Source: Hormoscilla sp. (GTDB lineage: Bacteria > Cyanobacteriota > Cyanobacteriia > Cyanobacteriales > Desertifilaceae). Taken from it: DNA of 64,000 nt. Under the pieces are notes generated by a model. That model searched no databases. It saw only the letters and a program-made list of their open reading frames with translations, and had not been told where the DNA came from. Every line of letters starts with the position of its first letter. Positions within the stretch are counted from its first letter, which is position 1. Shown piece by piece: positions 41,774 through 52,600 of this stretch. The position numbers and the translations under genes were made by a program. Location: the NCBI GenBank assembly GCA_051439505.1, contig JBFRWI010000160.1, positions 1-64,000 on the forward strand, written 5' to 3'.

Positions 41774-43165
41774 CTACTGACTCATATCTGTTTCACTTAA
41801 GTAGGTATCCTGCAAGTCTACTTCGCTCAAATCTGCTCCCTTTAACTTTGCTCCCTTCAGAGAAGCCTTCGACAGGTTAACTTGAAATAGAATCGCTCCC
41901 ATCAAGTTCGCATAATCCAGGTTTGCTTCCGACAGGTTTACCCTCATCAATTCTAATTTTCTTAAATTGGCACCTTTCAGGTTTGCCCTACTCAGGTTCG
42001 CTTTCGTCAGATCCGCCGTTCTCAAGTCACAGAAACTGAGGTCGCATTCATATAAGATGGCTCCTGTCAGATCTGCGCCCCTGAGGTCCGCTTCCTGCAA
42101 ACAAGCCCCGCTAAGATTCGCTCTGGTCAAGTCCGCCCCTCTCAGGTCAGCAAACCTCAGAATAGCTCGATGGATATGGGCTCTACTCAGATCTGCTCCT
42201 CTCAGATCTGTCTTTTCCAGACCAGCATTGTTAAAGTTAACTTGTCTTAAGTTAGCTCTGTTGAGGTCCACATTTTTCAGGTCCACTGCCGACAAATTGG
42301 ATTCACTCAAATCTACCATCCTCAGGTTGGCCCAACTCAGATCCAATTTGCTCAGATTTACCTTTGGCAGCGATACCTTGGGGGCTAGCAGGTATGCTCC
42401 TACTTCCGAAGGGTCGATGCCCGGATCGAATTTAGTCTGGCGATCGTATACAGCCTTTTGCAGGATAACCCCTTCCAAGCTAGCACCTCTGAGGTCTGCT
42501 CCGCTGAGGTTAGCGCCTGTTAAGTTAGCTCCATCCAGATCGGTCTTAACTAGGTTGGCATCGATCAGGTTAATCCTCCTCATATCTGCTTCTCTGAGAT
42601 CCGCCTCTCTCAGATCTACCCCGGACAAATTTGCTTCTCTTAAAGATGCTTGAGGGGCCAGCAAGTAAGCCCCAGTTGTACTCAGATCGATATCTTCGGG
42701 GAAGACAGTTCTATTATTGTAAACAGCCCCCTCTAGTATAGCTCCCGACAGTATAGCTCCGCGCAACTCTGCTCCGCTGAGGTTGGCTCCTGTTAAGTCC
42801 GCCCGATCGAAAGAAGCTCCTACTAAGTTTGCCCTCATCAAGCTAGCTTGTCTCAGCTTGGCTCCTTTAAGTTCTGCTCCGACTAAATTGGCCTCTCTCA
42901 GATCTGCTCCTGTCAGGTCTGCCTTAGTTAGGGTTGACAAATTCAGCAACGCCCTATTCAGTAAGGCTCCCCTCAGATCTGCCTCAGACAAGTCAGCATC
43001 AATCATTTCCGCATAATTGAGAATAGCTTCGCTGAGGTTAGCTCCTCTGAGGTCGCAGCCTTTCATGATAGCGCCTTTTAAGTCGGCCCCAGATAGGTTT
43101 TTGCCCCTGAGATCCTCAGAACTCAGGTTCCGGCGGTGCATAAAGTCAAAGTCGCCAAAGTTCAT
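41774..43165 (-). CDS. Pentapeptide repeat protein
   Basis: A(D/N)LxG repeats in three blocks joined by Y(N/D)..T.F..GAYLLAP linkers. Confidence 0.95.
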   Translation of the reverse strand: MNFGDFDFMHRRNLSSEDLRGKNLSGADLKGAIMKGCDLRGANLSEAILNYAEMIDADLSEADLRGALLNRALLNLSTLTKADLTGADLREANLVGAELKGAKLRQASLMRANLVGASFDRADLTGANLSGAELRGAILSGAILEGAVYNNRTVFPEDIDLSTTGAYLLAPQASLREANLSGVDLREADLREADMRRINLIDANLVKTDLDGANLTGANLSGADLRGASLEGVILQKAVYDRQTKFDPGIDPSEVGAYLLAPKVSLPKVNLSKLDLSWANLRMVDLSESNLSAVDLKNVDLNRANLRQVNFNNAGLEKTDLRGADLSRAHIHRAILRFADLRGADLTRANLSGACLQEADLRGADLTGAILYECDLSFCDLRTADLTKANLSRANLKGANLRKLELMRVNLSEANLDYANLMGAILFQVNLSKASLKGAKLKGADLSEVDLQDTYLSETDMSQ

Positions 43166-43452
43166 GGTTCATCCTTTCAGGTTGATTGGCTTGACAGAGC
43201 CCCATTGCTTGCAGCCGATCGGGATATGATTGGCAATTTCAGGGTCACAATTAATTTCTTGACGAGCGACTCCGCTTGATTATACAATAGAGGGATAGTT
43301 ATTTCAAAAATAGTCAGATGACCAACGAAATCGATACTCTGGACGATATGCCCATCCAAATGTTCGAGCGACGGTACCTGATGAGGGACAAGAGATTACG
43401 TACTACAGCGGCGCGATCGCTCCCGACTATACTTGTCTAGGATAAGGTTTAT

Positions 43453-44706
43453 ATGACTAAGGAAGAAATGCTCGAAATCATTGAACAAGCGGCTAAAGAT
43501 AAGGTAACATCCCTTGACCTATCAAAGAAAAAACTGATAGGGCTGCCACCAGAAATCGGTCAGCTAGACCATCTGACATCCCTAACTCTCTACAGCAATG
43601 AACTGAGGGATATGCCCATAGAGATCTGCGCCCTCGGGCATCTGAGGGCCCTCGACCTCTGCGGCAATCAACTGAGGGAGTTACCCTCTGAAATTGGCGA
43701 CCTCCAGCATCTGAGTAAGCTGGACATCGGCAGCAATCAACTGAGAGAGTTGCCCTCTGAAATTGGCGAACTACGGCATCTAATAAAACTAGACGTCAGG
43801 CGCAATGAACTGAGAAAATTACCACCAGAAATTGGCAAGCTCCGGTATCTGAAAGATCTCGATATTGGCGGCAATGAACTGAGAGAATTGCCGCCAGAAA
43901 TCAGCGCTCTTCAGCATCTGCATAAGCTCGACCTCAGCGGCAATAATTTGACTGTAATGCCACCAGAAATTGGTCAACTCCAGCATTTAACTAGGCTCGA
44001 TATCAGCGACAATCAACTGACTGAACTCCCTGCTACTCTTGGCTTACTCCAGCATTTGCATGAGCTAGATCTGAGAAACAATCAACTGACTGAACTCCCT
44101 GCTACTCTCGGCCAAATGAGCAATTTGAGGTTGCTGTGGATATGGGACAATCAGTTGAGTACGCTGCCACCAGAAATCGGTCAACTTACCCATCTGAACT
44201 GCCTATACCTCAACGACAATCAACTGACTGAACTGCCTGCTACTCTCGGTCAACTTACCCATCTAATCGGGCTATACATCAGGAATAATCAACTCACGGA
44301 ACTGCCTGCCACTCTCGAGCAACTCCAGGAAATGACAGTGCTGTATCTCAACAACAATCAACTGACTGAACTGCCTGCCACCCTCGGTCAACTTGCCAAG
44401 CTGAAGGTATTATACCTGAGCAACAATCAACTACAGTCCCTGCCTGCTGAAATCGGCGCACTTAGCAATCTTCAATGGTTAGATTTAAGACACAATCAAC
44501 TAACTCAATTACCAGCTCTTATCGGTCAAATGCACAACCTGACCGGGCTATATTTGAGGGGCAATCAACTAAACTCTTTGCCTGCTAGTCTCGGTCAACT
44601 CCCCCATCTGCGGGAACTAGACTTGGCCGACAATCCCCTCACTTCACCCCCTCCTGAAATTGTACAGCAAGGAATAGAGGCTGTTTTGGCTTATCTTCGG
44701 AATTAG
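43453..44706 (+). CDS. Leucine-rich repeat protein (Roco-type N-cap and C-cap, no Roc/COR)
   Basis: About sixteen 23-aa LRRs; ends PLTSPPPEIVQQGIEAVLAYLRN. Confidence 0.93.
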   Translation: MTKEEMLEIIEQAAKDKVTSLDLSKKKLIGLPPEIGQLDHLTSLTLYSNELRDMPIEICALGHLRALDLCGNQLRELPSEIGDLQHLSKLDIGSNQLRELPSEIGELRHLIKLDVRRNELRKLPPEIGKLRYLKDLDIGGNELRELPPEISALQHLHKLDLSGNNLTVMPPEIGQLQHLTRLDISDNQLTELPATLGLLQHLHELDLRNNQLTELPATLGQMSNLRLLWIWDNQLSTLPPEIGQLTHLNCLYLNDNQLTELPATLGQLTHLIGLYIRNNQLTELPATLEQLQEMTVLYLNNNQLTELPATLGQLAKLKVLYLSNNQLQSLPAEIGALSNLQWLDLRHNQLTQLPALIGQMHNLTGLYLRGNQLNSLPASLGQLPHLRELDLADNPLTSPPPEIVQQGIEAVLAYLRN

Positions 44707-44823
44707 TGGTCATGCATTTGTTGTATGAGTAGGGTGGGCCGCACCCACTGTCATGAGCGGGTGTGGTACTACCAGCTGGTGCAAGACCACACCCGGGGGG
44801 GCACGACTGCGGTGCTCCCTACA
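44706..44823. mobile_element. Composite remnant of GGGTGTGGTC element(s) with an enclosed GTAGGGTGGG hairpin
   Basis: 44706-44723 equals 4741-4758; minimal element at 44759-44794. Confidence 0.7.
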
Positions 44824-44836
44824 ATAAGGTTACAGG

Positions 44837-45118
44837 AACCTAGAGTTTATGGCTGGGAAGCGCTACAAGCTGGTGCTGGACAATCCCAGTCCCCAGAAAC
44901 ATTATTTTACAGCCAAAGACTTTGCTGATGCCATCTGGAATCAAAAAGTGGAAGCTGGCGATGTGGAAGTAAAAGGGGCCATCCGCGAGATCGAGGTGAA
45001 GCCGGCAGCAGAGGCGGAATGGGTATTTGTGCCGATCAAAAGTGGCACTTACGAACTGCATTGTGCGATCGCAGGGCATACAGAAGCTGGCATGACGGGG
45101 GAAATCACCATTCAGTGA
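44837..45118 (+). pseudogene. 5'-truncated cupredoxin-domain protein
   Basis: NLEFMAGKRYKL..HYF..C..AGH.EAGM copper ligands; no signal peptide or normal N-terminus. Confidence 0.7.
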
Positions 45119-45456
45119 GCAGTTGGCAGGGGTGCCGTTGGTAGTAAGCACGAAGCGTGCTTGCCGGCGGACAAGGTAGAGATCGACTCATATCACCGGT
45201 AGCTACTGGGATAGAACCTCAACTCGTTATCACTATTTCCCAGGTCAACGGTTACTTCGACCGCCGGTTGCCGCGCTAAATCGGTAGTTTATGCTCCAGC
45301 AGCCGGTGCCAACCAGCCCAGGCAGAAGCAAAGGGCGATCGCCAGCCAGCAGAATTGGCACTTCTTCATAAAATTTTTCCTCAAATGCCTAAAAACAGTT
45401 TACATGGGACTTGAGGATGTTATAATTATAAATTGTGAGTTTTGAGGCCAGAACAG

Positions 45457-45819
45457 ATGCACGCACAAGAGGCGATCCGCTCCCTAGAAGCGGAACAGAT
45501 GAAGGAAAAGCTGCCCCAGATATATATAGGAGACACCGTCAAGGTGGGGGTGCGGATCCGGGAAGGGGGTAAAGAAAGAACCCAACCCTATGAAGGAACG
45601 GTGATCGCCAGGCGGAACACCGGCATAAACGAGACCATTACAGTCCGCCGGATATTCCAAGGTGTCGGTGTAGAACGGGTGTTCTTGCTGCATTCTCCCC
45701 GGATAAAAAGCATCAAAGTGGTGCGCAGAGGCAAGGCCCGCCGGGCAAAACTGTACTATTTGCGCGATCGGGTAGGCAAGGGAACCCGCCTGAAGCAACG
45801 GTTTGACCGCCCTTTGTAA
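45457..45819 (+). CDS. rplS: 50S ribosomal protein L19
   Basis: GDTVKV, ER.Q.YEG.VIA, GVGVER.F and RRAKLYYLR motifs. Confidence 0.97.
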   Translation: MHAQEAIRSLEAEQMKEKLPQIYIGDTVKVGVRIREGGKERTQPYEGTVIARRNTGINETITVRRIFQGVGVERVFLLHSPRIKSIKVVRRGKARRAKLYYLRDRVGKGTRLKQRFDRPL

Positions 45820-45911
45820 AACGGAGAAAAAAAATTTCCCAAAAAAGTTGACAGAGCTTGCCCGTCCGATCTAGAATAAATGAAAAGACAGCAAGCTTAG
45901 ATTTCACCCTT

Positions 45912-45984
45912 GCGCTCTTAGTTCAGCTGGTAGAACGCAGGTCTCCAAAACCTGATGTCGGGGGTTCAAATCCTCCAGGGCGCG
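45912..45984 (+). tRNA. trnW: tRNA-Trp (CCA)
   Basis: GCGCTCT/AGGGCGC acceptor stem; anticodon loop CTCCAAA; GGTTCAAATCC T-arm; conserved position before secE. Confidence 0.96.
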
Positions 45985-46214
45985 TTAAATCATCCAAATA
46001 AGTTGTGCTAACTTCCCTGTACGAGCTGAAATGGAGATTTCAGGTGACCGGCAGGGGCCGCAAGTTAAGTCTGCAAATAGGGTGGCACGGTGAGATGGTC
46101 TCGGGTAAACTTGAGAAGATGGGACCGTGCATCAAGTTAAGACCGGCACCAGAGGAAAAGACAGATAAACTTGCGGCTCAGGCAACTGTGTAGCGTGAAA
46201 AGGGGAAGGTAGCT

Positions 46215-46433
46215 GTGGCGAAAAACAAAGCAGTGCCAGAGAAAACAGAAGGCTTTAACCCAGTCAAGTTTTTTCAAGGCACGAAAGAAGAATTAGAGAA
46301 AGTAGTTTGGCCCAGTCGGCAACAGCTGATTAGCGAATCAGTGGCGGTGATGTCGATGGTAGCCCTTTCAGCAATGCTGATCTATGCCGTGGATAAGTTG
46401 TTTGGTTGGTTAGCAGGGCAGGTGTTTGGATGA
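46215..46433 (+). CDS. secE: Preprotein translocase subunit SecE
   Basis: EELEKVVWPSR motif; single TM segment. Confidence 0.95.
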   Translation: MAKNKAVPEKTEGFNPVKFFQGTKEELEKVVWPSRQQLISESVAVMSMVALSAMLIYAVDKLFGWLAGQVFG

Positions 46434-47086
46434 ATTTGGGATCTTCAGAGGAAGAACGCCGTTCTACGGAAACGGAAGAGATGGCAGAACTCCCGTCCGA
46501 ACTCCCAGAGTTGGAAGTAGGCCAGGAAAAAGGTCGTTGGTATGCAGTTCAGGTGGCCTCAGGCTGCGAAAAGCGGGTGAAGGCTAACCTGGAACAGCGG
46601 GTGCAAACCTTGGACGTGGCCAACAGAATTTTACAAGTGGCCATTCCTGAAAAATCATCCATCCAGTTCCGGAAGGGAGGAAAACCGCAGCAAACGAAAG
46701 AAAAGGTATTCCCGGGGTATGTTCTGATCCGAATGTTGATGGATGATGAAACGTGGCTGGTGGTCAAGAACACCCCCCACGTGATTAACTTTGTCGGGGC
46801 GGAACAAAAACGCAGCTATGGTAGGGGTCGAGGACATGTCAAACCATTGCCTCTGAGTAATAAAGAGGTAGAAAGGATCTTCAAACAAACGGAGTCAGAA
46901 CAGCCGGTAGTCAAAATAGACATGGCAGTCGGGGATAAAATCCTGGTGCTGTCAGGCCCGTTCAAAGATTTTGAAGGGGAAGTGATCGAAGTAAGTCCCG
47001 AACGTAGCAAGCTGAAGGCCCTACTTTCGATCTTTGGACGGGATACTCCTGTAGAATTGGAGTTTAACCAGGTACAAAAACATTAA
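46430..47086 (+). CDS. nusG: Transcription termination/antitermination factor NusG
   Basis: WYAVQVASGCE, FPGYV, KOW motif GPFKDFEG, IFGRDTPVEL. Confidence 0.97.
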   Translation: MNLGSSEEERRSTETEEMAELPSELPELEVGQEKGRWYAVQVASGCEKRVKANLEQRVQTLDVANRILQVAIPEKSSIQFRKGGKPQQTKEKVFPGYVLIRMLMDDETWLVVKNTPHVINFVGAEQKRSYGRGRGHVKPLPLSNKEVERIFKQTESEQPVVKIDMAVGDKILVLSGPFKDFEGEVIEVSPERSKLKALLSIFGRDTPVELEFNQVQKH

Positions 47087-47101
47087 CTCACGGATAGATA
47101 G

Positions 47102-47527
47102 ATGCCGAAAAAAGTAGTGGCGATGATCAAGTTGGCCTTGCCAGCTGGCAAGGCCAACCCGGCACCACCGGTGGGCCCGGCATTGGGTCAGCATGGGGTG
47201 AATATCATGATGTTCTGCAAGGAATATAATGCGAAAACGGCAGACCAGGCAGGCATGGTGATTCCGGTAGAAATATCGGTCTATGAAGACCGTAGTTTTA
47301 CCTTTGTACTGAAAACGCCGCCAGCATCGGTATTGATTCGCAAGGCGGCGGGCATTGACAGGGGTTCGGCAGAACCAAACAGAAAGAAAGTGGGATCCTT
47401 GAGTAAGGCCCAATTGCAGGAAATTGCCCAGACGAAAATGCCAGACCTGAATGCTAATGATATTGAGGCGGCAATGAAAATTGTGGCGGGAACGGCTCGG
47501 AATATGGGCGTGAAAATAGTAGAGTAA
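47102..47527 (+). CDS. rplK: 50S ribosomal protein L11
   Basis: [18 protein letters not shown]. Confidence 0.98.
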   Translation: MPKKVVAMIKLALPAGKANPAPPVGPALGQHGVNIMMFCKEYNAKTADQAGMVIPVEISVYEDRSFTFVLKTPPASVLIRKAAGIDRGSAEPNRKKVGSLSKAQLQEIAQTKMPDLNANDIEAAMKIVAGTARNMGVKIVE

Positions 47528-47540
47528 TCTGGTAAACATT

Positions 47541-47573
47541 AGGGGGAGAGGCTTGGGCTTCGCGATTGACCCC
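47541..47573 (+). promoter_or_regulatory. Putative L1-binding autoregulatory RNA before rplA
   Basis: GGGGGAG..hairpin..GACCCC, consistent with an L1 kink-turn site. Confidence 0.45.
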
Positions 47574-47586
47574 AGGAGAGAAGAAG

Positions 47587-48303
47587 ATGCCGAAAAAGCG
47601 ATCGCGCCGGATGCGAGAACTGGAGAAAAAAGTAGAAGAACGTCTCTACGAACCGCTAGAGGCGCTACAGCTGTTGAAGGAAACGGCAACAGCGAAATTT
47701 GCCGAATCAGCGGAAGTTCACGTGCGCTTGGGAATAGACCCCAAGTATACGGACCAGCAGTTGCGGACAACGGTGACGCTGCCGAAGGGAACCGGTCAAA
47801 CGGTGAGGGTGGCGGTAATTGCTAAAGGTGAAAAGGTGACGGAAGCATCGGCAGCAGGTGCGGATGTGGTAGGATCGCAAGAGCTGATTGACGAAATCCA
47901 AAAAGGTCGGATGGACTTCGATCGGGTGATTGCCACGCCGGATATGATGAAGGATGTGGCAAAATTAGGACGTATTCTCGGCCCCCGGGGCTTGATGCCA
48001 TCTCCGAAAGGCGGTACGGTAACTTTTGACGTGGCAAATGCGATTACGGAAGTAAAAGCTGGTAAGCTGGAGTTTCGGGCCGATCGCACGGGTATTGTCC
48101 ATATCCAGTTTGGCAAAGCGTCGTTTCCCGCTGATGATTTGCTGGTAAATCTGAAAGCGTTGCAGGAAACTATCGAACGTAATAAGCCTTCAGGTGCGAA
48201 GGGACGCTACTGGCGGACAATATATGTATCGGCGACCATGGGCCCCTCTATTCAGGTGGATATCAACGCCTTGCGGGATCTGAACGTAGCTGAGGCAGCA
48301 TAA
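47587..48303 (+). CDS. rplA: 50S ribosomal protein L1
   Basis: DQQLR, LPKGTG and [17 protein letters not shown] motifs. Confidence 0.98.
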   Translation: MPKKRSRRMRELEKKVEERLYEPLEALQLLKETATAKFAESAEVHVRLGIDPKYTDQQLRTTVTLPKGTGQTVRVAVIAKGEKVTEASAAGADVVGSQELIDEIQKGRMDFDRVIATPDMMKDVAKLGRILGPRGLMPSPKGGTVTFDVANAITEVKAGKLEFRADRTGIVHIQFGKASFPADDLLVNLKALQETIERNKPSGAKGRYWRTIYVSATMGPSIQVDINALRDLNVAEAA

Positions 48304-48360
48304 AACGAACAGCTGACAACGAACAACTAAGAAGGTGGGCGATGCCCACCCTACAAATAC

Positions 48361-48485
48361 GACCAGAGACAGCAGGTGCGAACAGCTTAATATCCTGCCG
48401 AGGTTGACTTGGGAAAACGGTTCCTGGTGCAAAGGAACGATCGCTTTCCGATGTTACCCCGGCATTACATGTCGGGGTTTTTAAC
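48361..48485 (+). promoter_or_regulatory. Ribosomal protein L10 leader RNA
   Basis: AGACAGCAGG..TTAA..CCTGCCGAGG core directly upstream of rplJ. Confidence 0.75.
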
Positions 48486-48519
48486 TTGGAAAAAATACCC
48501 ATTTAAGGAGGTGAGAGAT

Positions 48520-49083
48520 ATGGGTAGAACGTTAGCAGAGAAACAAGCCATTGTGGCCGACCTGAAGCAAAACTTGAGCGAGTCTCAAATGGCGCTCGTC
48601 ATAGATTATAAGGGGTTGTCTGTGGCCGAAATCACCGATTTACGGCGGCAACTGCGCCCGACTGGTACGATTTGTAAGGTCACGAAGAATACTCTGATGG
48701 GACTTGCAGTTAAAGGAGATCCTACCTGGGAACCGATGCAAGATTTCCTGTCGCAATCATCGGCATTCTTGTTGGTCAAGGATGACATGGGTGGTGCGAT
48801 TAAGGCTTACCAAGCATTCCAAAAAGCTACCAAGAAGACGGAATTTCGTGGTGGCGTGATGCAAGGTAGGGCCTTAAATGAGGCCGAGGTGAAGGCGATC
48901 GCGGACTTGCCTTCTAAGGAGGAATTGATCGCCCAAATCGCTGGTGCAATTAACAGCATCGCTACTAAGCTTGCTGTTGGCATTAATGAGGTGCCTGCTT
49001 CTCTGGGTCGCAGCATTAATGAAGTGCCTGCTTCTCTGGGTCGCAGCTTAGCCGCGATCGCTGCTAAGGAAGAATCACCTTAA
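48520..49083 (+). CDS. rplJ: 50S ribosomal protein L10
   Basis: AAGGAGGTG RBS; DYKGLSV, KVTKNTL and LPSKEEL motifs. Confidence 0.97.
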   Translation: MGRTLAEKQAIVADLKQNLSESQMALVIDYKGLSVAEITDLRRQLRPTGTICKVTKNTLMGLAVKGDPTWEPMQDFLSQSSAFLLVKDDMGGAIKAYQAFQKATKKTEFRGGVMQGRALNEAEVKAIADLPSKEELIAQIAGAINSIATKLAVGINEVPASLGRSINEVPASLGRSLAAIAAKEESP

Positions 49084-49187
49084 CCCCCACCCAAACCATG
49101 GTGGGCGGTGTGAAACGATGGTGGGCGGTGCCCACCCTACGGAAGACGATTGTAATACCACAACATTCATTTTAAGGAGTTAAATCA

Positions 49188-49592
49188 ATGTCTGCTGCAA
49201 CTGATGAAATTTTGGAAAAACTCAAGGGCTTAAGCTTGCTGGAAGCTTCGGAATTGGTCAAGCAAATTGAGGACGCTTTTGGTGTCAGCGCCGCCGCACC
49301 TGCTGGTGGTGGCATGATGATGATGGCTCCTGGCGTTGCTGGTGGTGCTGCTGCTCCCGCTGAGGAAGTCGAAGAGCAAACCGAGTTTGATGTGGTGCTC
49401 GAAGAATTCCCAGCTGATAAGAAGATTGCGGTCCTGAAGGTGGTCCGGGCCCTCACCGGTCTGGGTCTGAAGGAAGCTAAGGATTTGGTCGAGGGAGCAC
49501 CGAAGGCCATTAAGGAGGCGATCGCGAAGGATGCTGCTGAGGATGCTAAGAAGCAACTGGAAGAAGCTGGTGCTAAGATCAGCATCAAATAG
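49188..49592 (+). CDS. rplL: 50S ribosomal protein L7/L12
   Basis: [15 protein letters not shown] and [12 protein letters not shown] motifs. Confidence 0.98.
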   Translation: MSAATDEILEKLKGLSLLEASELVKQIEDAFGVSAAAPAGGGMMMMAPGVAGGAAAPAEEVEEQTEFDVVLEEFPADKKIAVLKVVRALTGLGLKEAKDLVEGAPKAIKEAIAKDAAEDAKKQLEEAGAKISIK

Positions 49593-49687
49593 CACGTTAA
49601 TTGTTCGTGGTTAATGGTTCATTGTGAATTGTTAATCCACGAACTGATAGTAAGGTGGGCGATGCCCACCTTACCGCTTGCTATCAA

Positions 49688-52600
49688 CTAAAACCGGTTT
49701 TCGTACTGAACATTAATTTCGTTGAATTCGTAGTCATAGATAATCCTTACCAGAGAATCATTGTTGAGGTGATAAAAACCCTCGAAAATAGGGAATATTC
49801 GCAAATTAGCGAAACCAAGTTTTTGTCCCGCATTGCTAATGGTATCTTCGACTCCAAACACGATATTACGTACAAAAGGTTCAATAGCATACCGAGAAAC
49901 AGCAAAAAGCAATAGTTCTTTTTCATTACTTTGGGCAAGTTGCTGGACTAAGTCGGCAGACTGATTGCTTAACAAGGCGAGAATTTCTGCCTCGCTGCGG
50001 GTCGGCACGCTGGTTATTTTCACGATCTCTCGATCGAGGAGGAGTTGCCTTTCCTGTTCATTTTGAGATTCTTTCAGACAACCTGCTAATCGTTTTAATT
50101 CTGCCGCAGTCATCGTCGAAACACTTCCCTGGGTGGGGAGGTTGAAGTTAGGAAGCGGATCTTGGCAGGGATTTAATTGACCATAATCAGCTGGCAGAAG
50201 CTCTTCCAAATTACCCCGGACAGCAATCTTGATGTTAATTTCATCAGGTCTGGTCAATCCTACTGAATTATCGGGGATTTCATTATCCTGGTACTGCGAT
50301 CGCTCCGAACGCTGGTACGATCGCTCGTTATTGGCACTCTCTATCACCGTTGTTTCCGTGAGGATGTCTAGGTTAGGATTGAGTAAGCCTTCAGTCGGGA
50401 TAAAGGAAATCTTGCTATCATAGTCCCGTGACAATAGCAGCTTGTTGTTTAATACATCTATTATTCCCCGCCGCAGGTAAATATTCCCCTTTGGTTGCAA
50501 GTCTTCTGGGGATCCCCGGAAGGTTCCATTCACAGTAACATCGCCATCAATCTTAAAGTCAAGCTGGGGGTTTCTTTTCACATAGAAATCTTCCCCCAGA
50601 ATTACCTGAAAATCCTGAAACTCTGGTGCGATCGCCAGATCCGCAGGGGCCGAGGGCATAGTTGCTGATGTGAGAGTCGAGTTTGCTGCTGGTTGCGTAC
50701 CGTTGGCCCCCAGGGGTACGGTTACTCGCCCATTTGACAAGGCCACTTTGCCTGCAATTACCGGACTCAGGGCGCTACCGCTAATCGTTACATCTGTATC
50801 AATTTGGCCCTTGTACAGGCCGTTTAAGTTCAGCTTCCCTTTATCAATAGTTATTTCCAGGGGTTTGTCCGAGTCGGGGTTAGATTCAAATATGGGCAAT
50901 ACTCCAGCGATCTCGATTTTACTTTCTGCAAAGTTACCCTCTATATTCTCTACTTGCAGATGTTTCTCTGTTAAGGCGATCGCGCCATTGAAGATCAAGG
51001 GCTCTTCTGAAACAGCTTTGCTCTTGATTGTAGCATCTTTGAGGGTGACATTCCCCACAGCCTGCAAGTTTTTAATGTTTTGGGCCTCTAAATCTAAATT
51101 ACCGCTAGCCTGCAACTCGACTTTCCCCTCGCCATCTACCCATTCTACCTGTCCTTGAGAAAATAATCCGATCAGGGCGATCGCCTCTGTGTCCAGTTGC
51201 ACTTCCACTTCTGCCCGGTTATTTCCTGGTACTATAGGAAAGGGGACGCTGGCCTGGACTTGCAGATAAGATGGTTGGGTGGTATTAAAGTTCAGGCGAT
51301 TATCATCATATGCGAACTTGCCCTGGATCTCATCTAATGGCCGATCGTCTATACTGACATCAGCAAAAGATAGCGTTCCCCCTACTTGAGGTTTGGCCAT
51401 ACTTCCGGACAAGGTGGCTGTAGCATTAAGATTACCTTTGATGTCAATCGGAATCTCTGCAAAGTTGCCCACTGTATCCAGGGATAATTTTTCTATTTTC
51501 AAGAAACCACCTAGTTTTTGACCCGATTCTTTTAAGCTTCCCTGGGCTATCCATTGATCTACTGTAATTACGCGGTTGTCTAGGGGCGGTTCTGCGGGTA
51601 CCGCCTTAACTGCTTCCTTATTTTGCTGTGACGGTTCGCTGCTAGCAAGAGGTTGATAGGGACGCCACTGCCAATCTTGGCCTTGCAGATTCACATCTAT
51701 CTCAGGATTTGTTAATGTGCCAGCTAGAGTTATATCACCACTATAGTCACCACTAATATTTAAGTATATTGGCATTTCTGCTGCTGACTCTGGCCGGGCG
51801 ATCGCGATCGCATTACTCTGGTCAAGTTGGCGCAACTGACTAAAAACTGGGGCTTCTGGGTTTCCTACTGGCAGGGTTTGTACATCTGCTGCACTTGCAT
51901 TCGCGGTAGGGGGCTGATATTCTGCAAATATCTCTTGCAACTGTTGCAAGCTGGGCAATTTCACCGCTTCCAGGATGTCTTGCACAGAAGCTTGCTTAAT
52001 ATCCACCTTACCCTTTACCTCTCCAGTATTGAGATTTAACTCTCCGTTAAATTGATATTGCTGGTCTTGGCTTTCTTGCAACTGGATTTCTTGCAACTGG
52101 AGTATCCCTGACTTCAACTCGGCTATATTATTGTTATAATAGAAGTCAGTTGCTAATCGATCGACTACTCTGTTACCCAGTCCCAGTTGATTGATTTTGA
52201 TGTTCCCCTCAGTTGCTAATGTGGCCAGATCTATTTCAACTTCCCCATTGACCATACCCTCGATCGCCCCCGGGATGCCAAACCGATCGCCTGGGGATAT
52301 TTTTAGCAGGTCCAGGGCGAAATTTTCTATTTTCGCCTTGAATATGTCCCCCGTCCGTCGCCCTCGCACCAGGAATGTATTTTCCCCGTCTCCCTGTCGG
52401 ACTGACAAGGATGCTGGTAGGTACGGGGCCATACATGCAGAACCAATGCAAGGTGTTAGTTGGGCAGATATGACATCTTTTTTGCCCCGCAAATTCATCC
52501 CTATTTCCCGGGCCGGATCTACATTCACTGGGCCAGTTAGCAACGGATCGAACTTCATCTCGTTAAAAGCAAAATCCCGCAGTTGCAGATCCCCTGTTAA

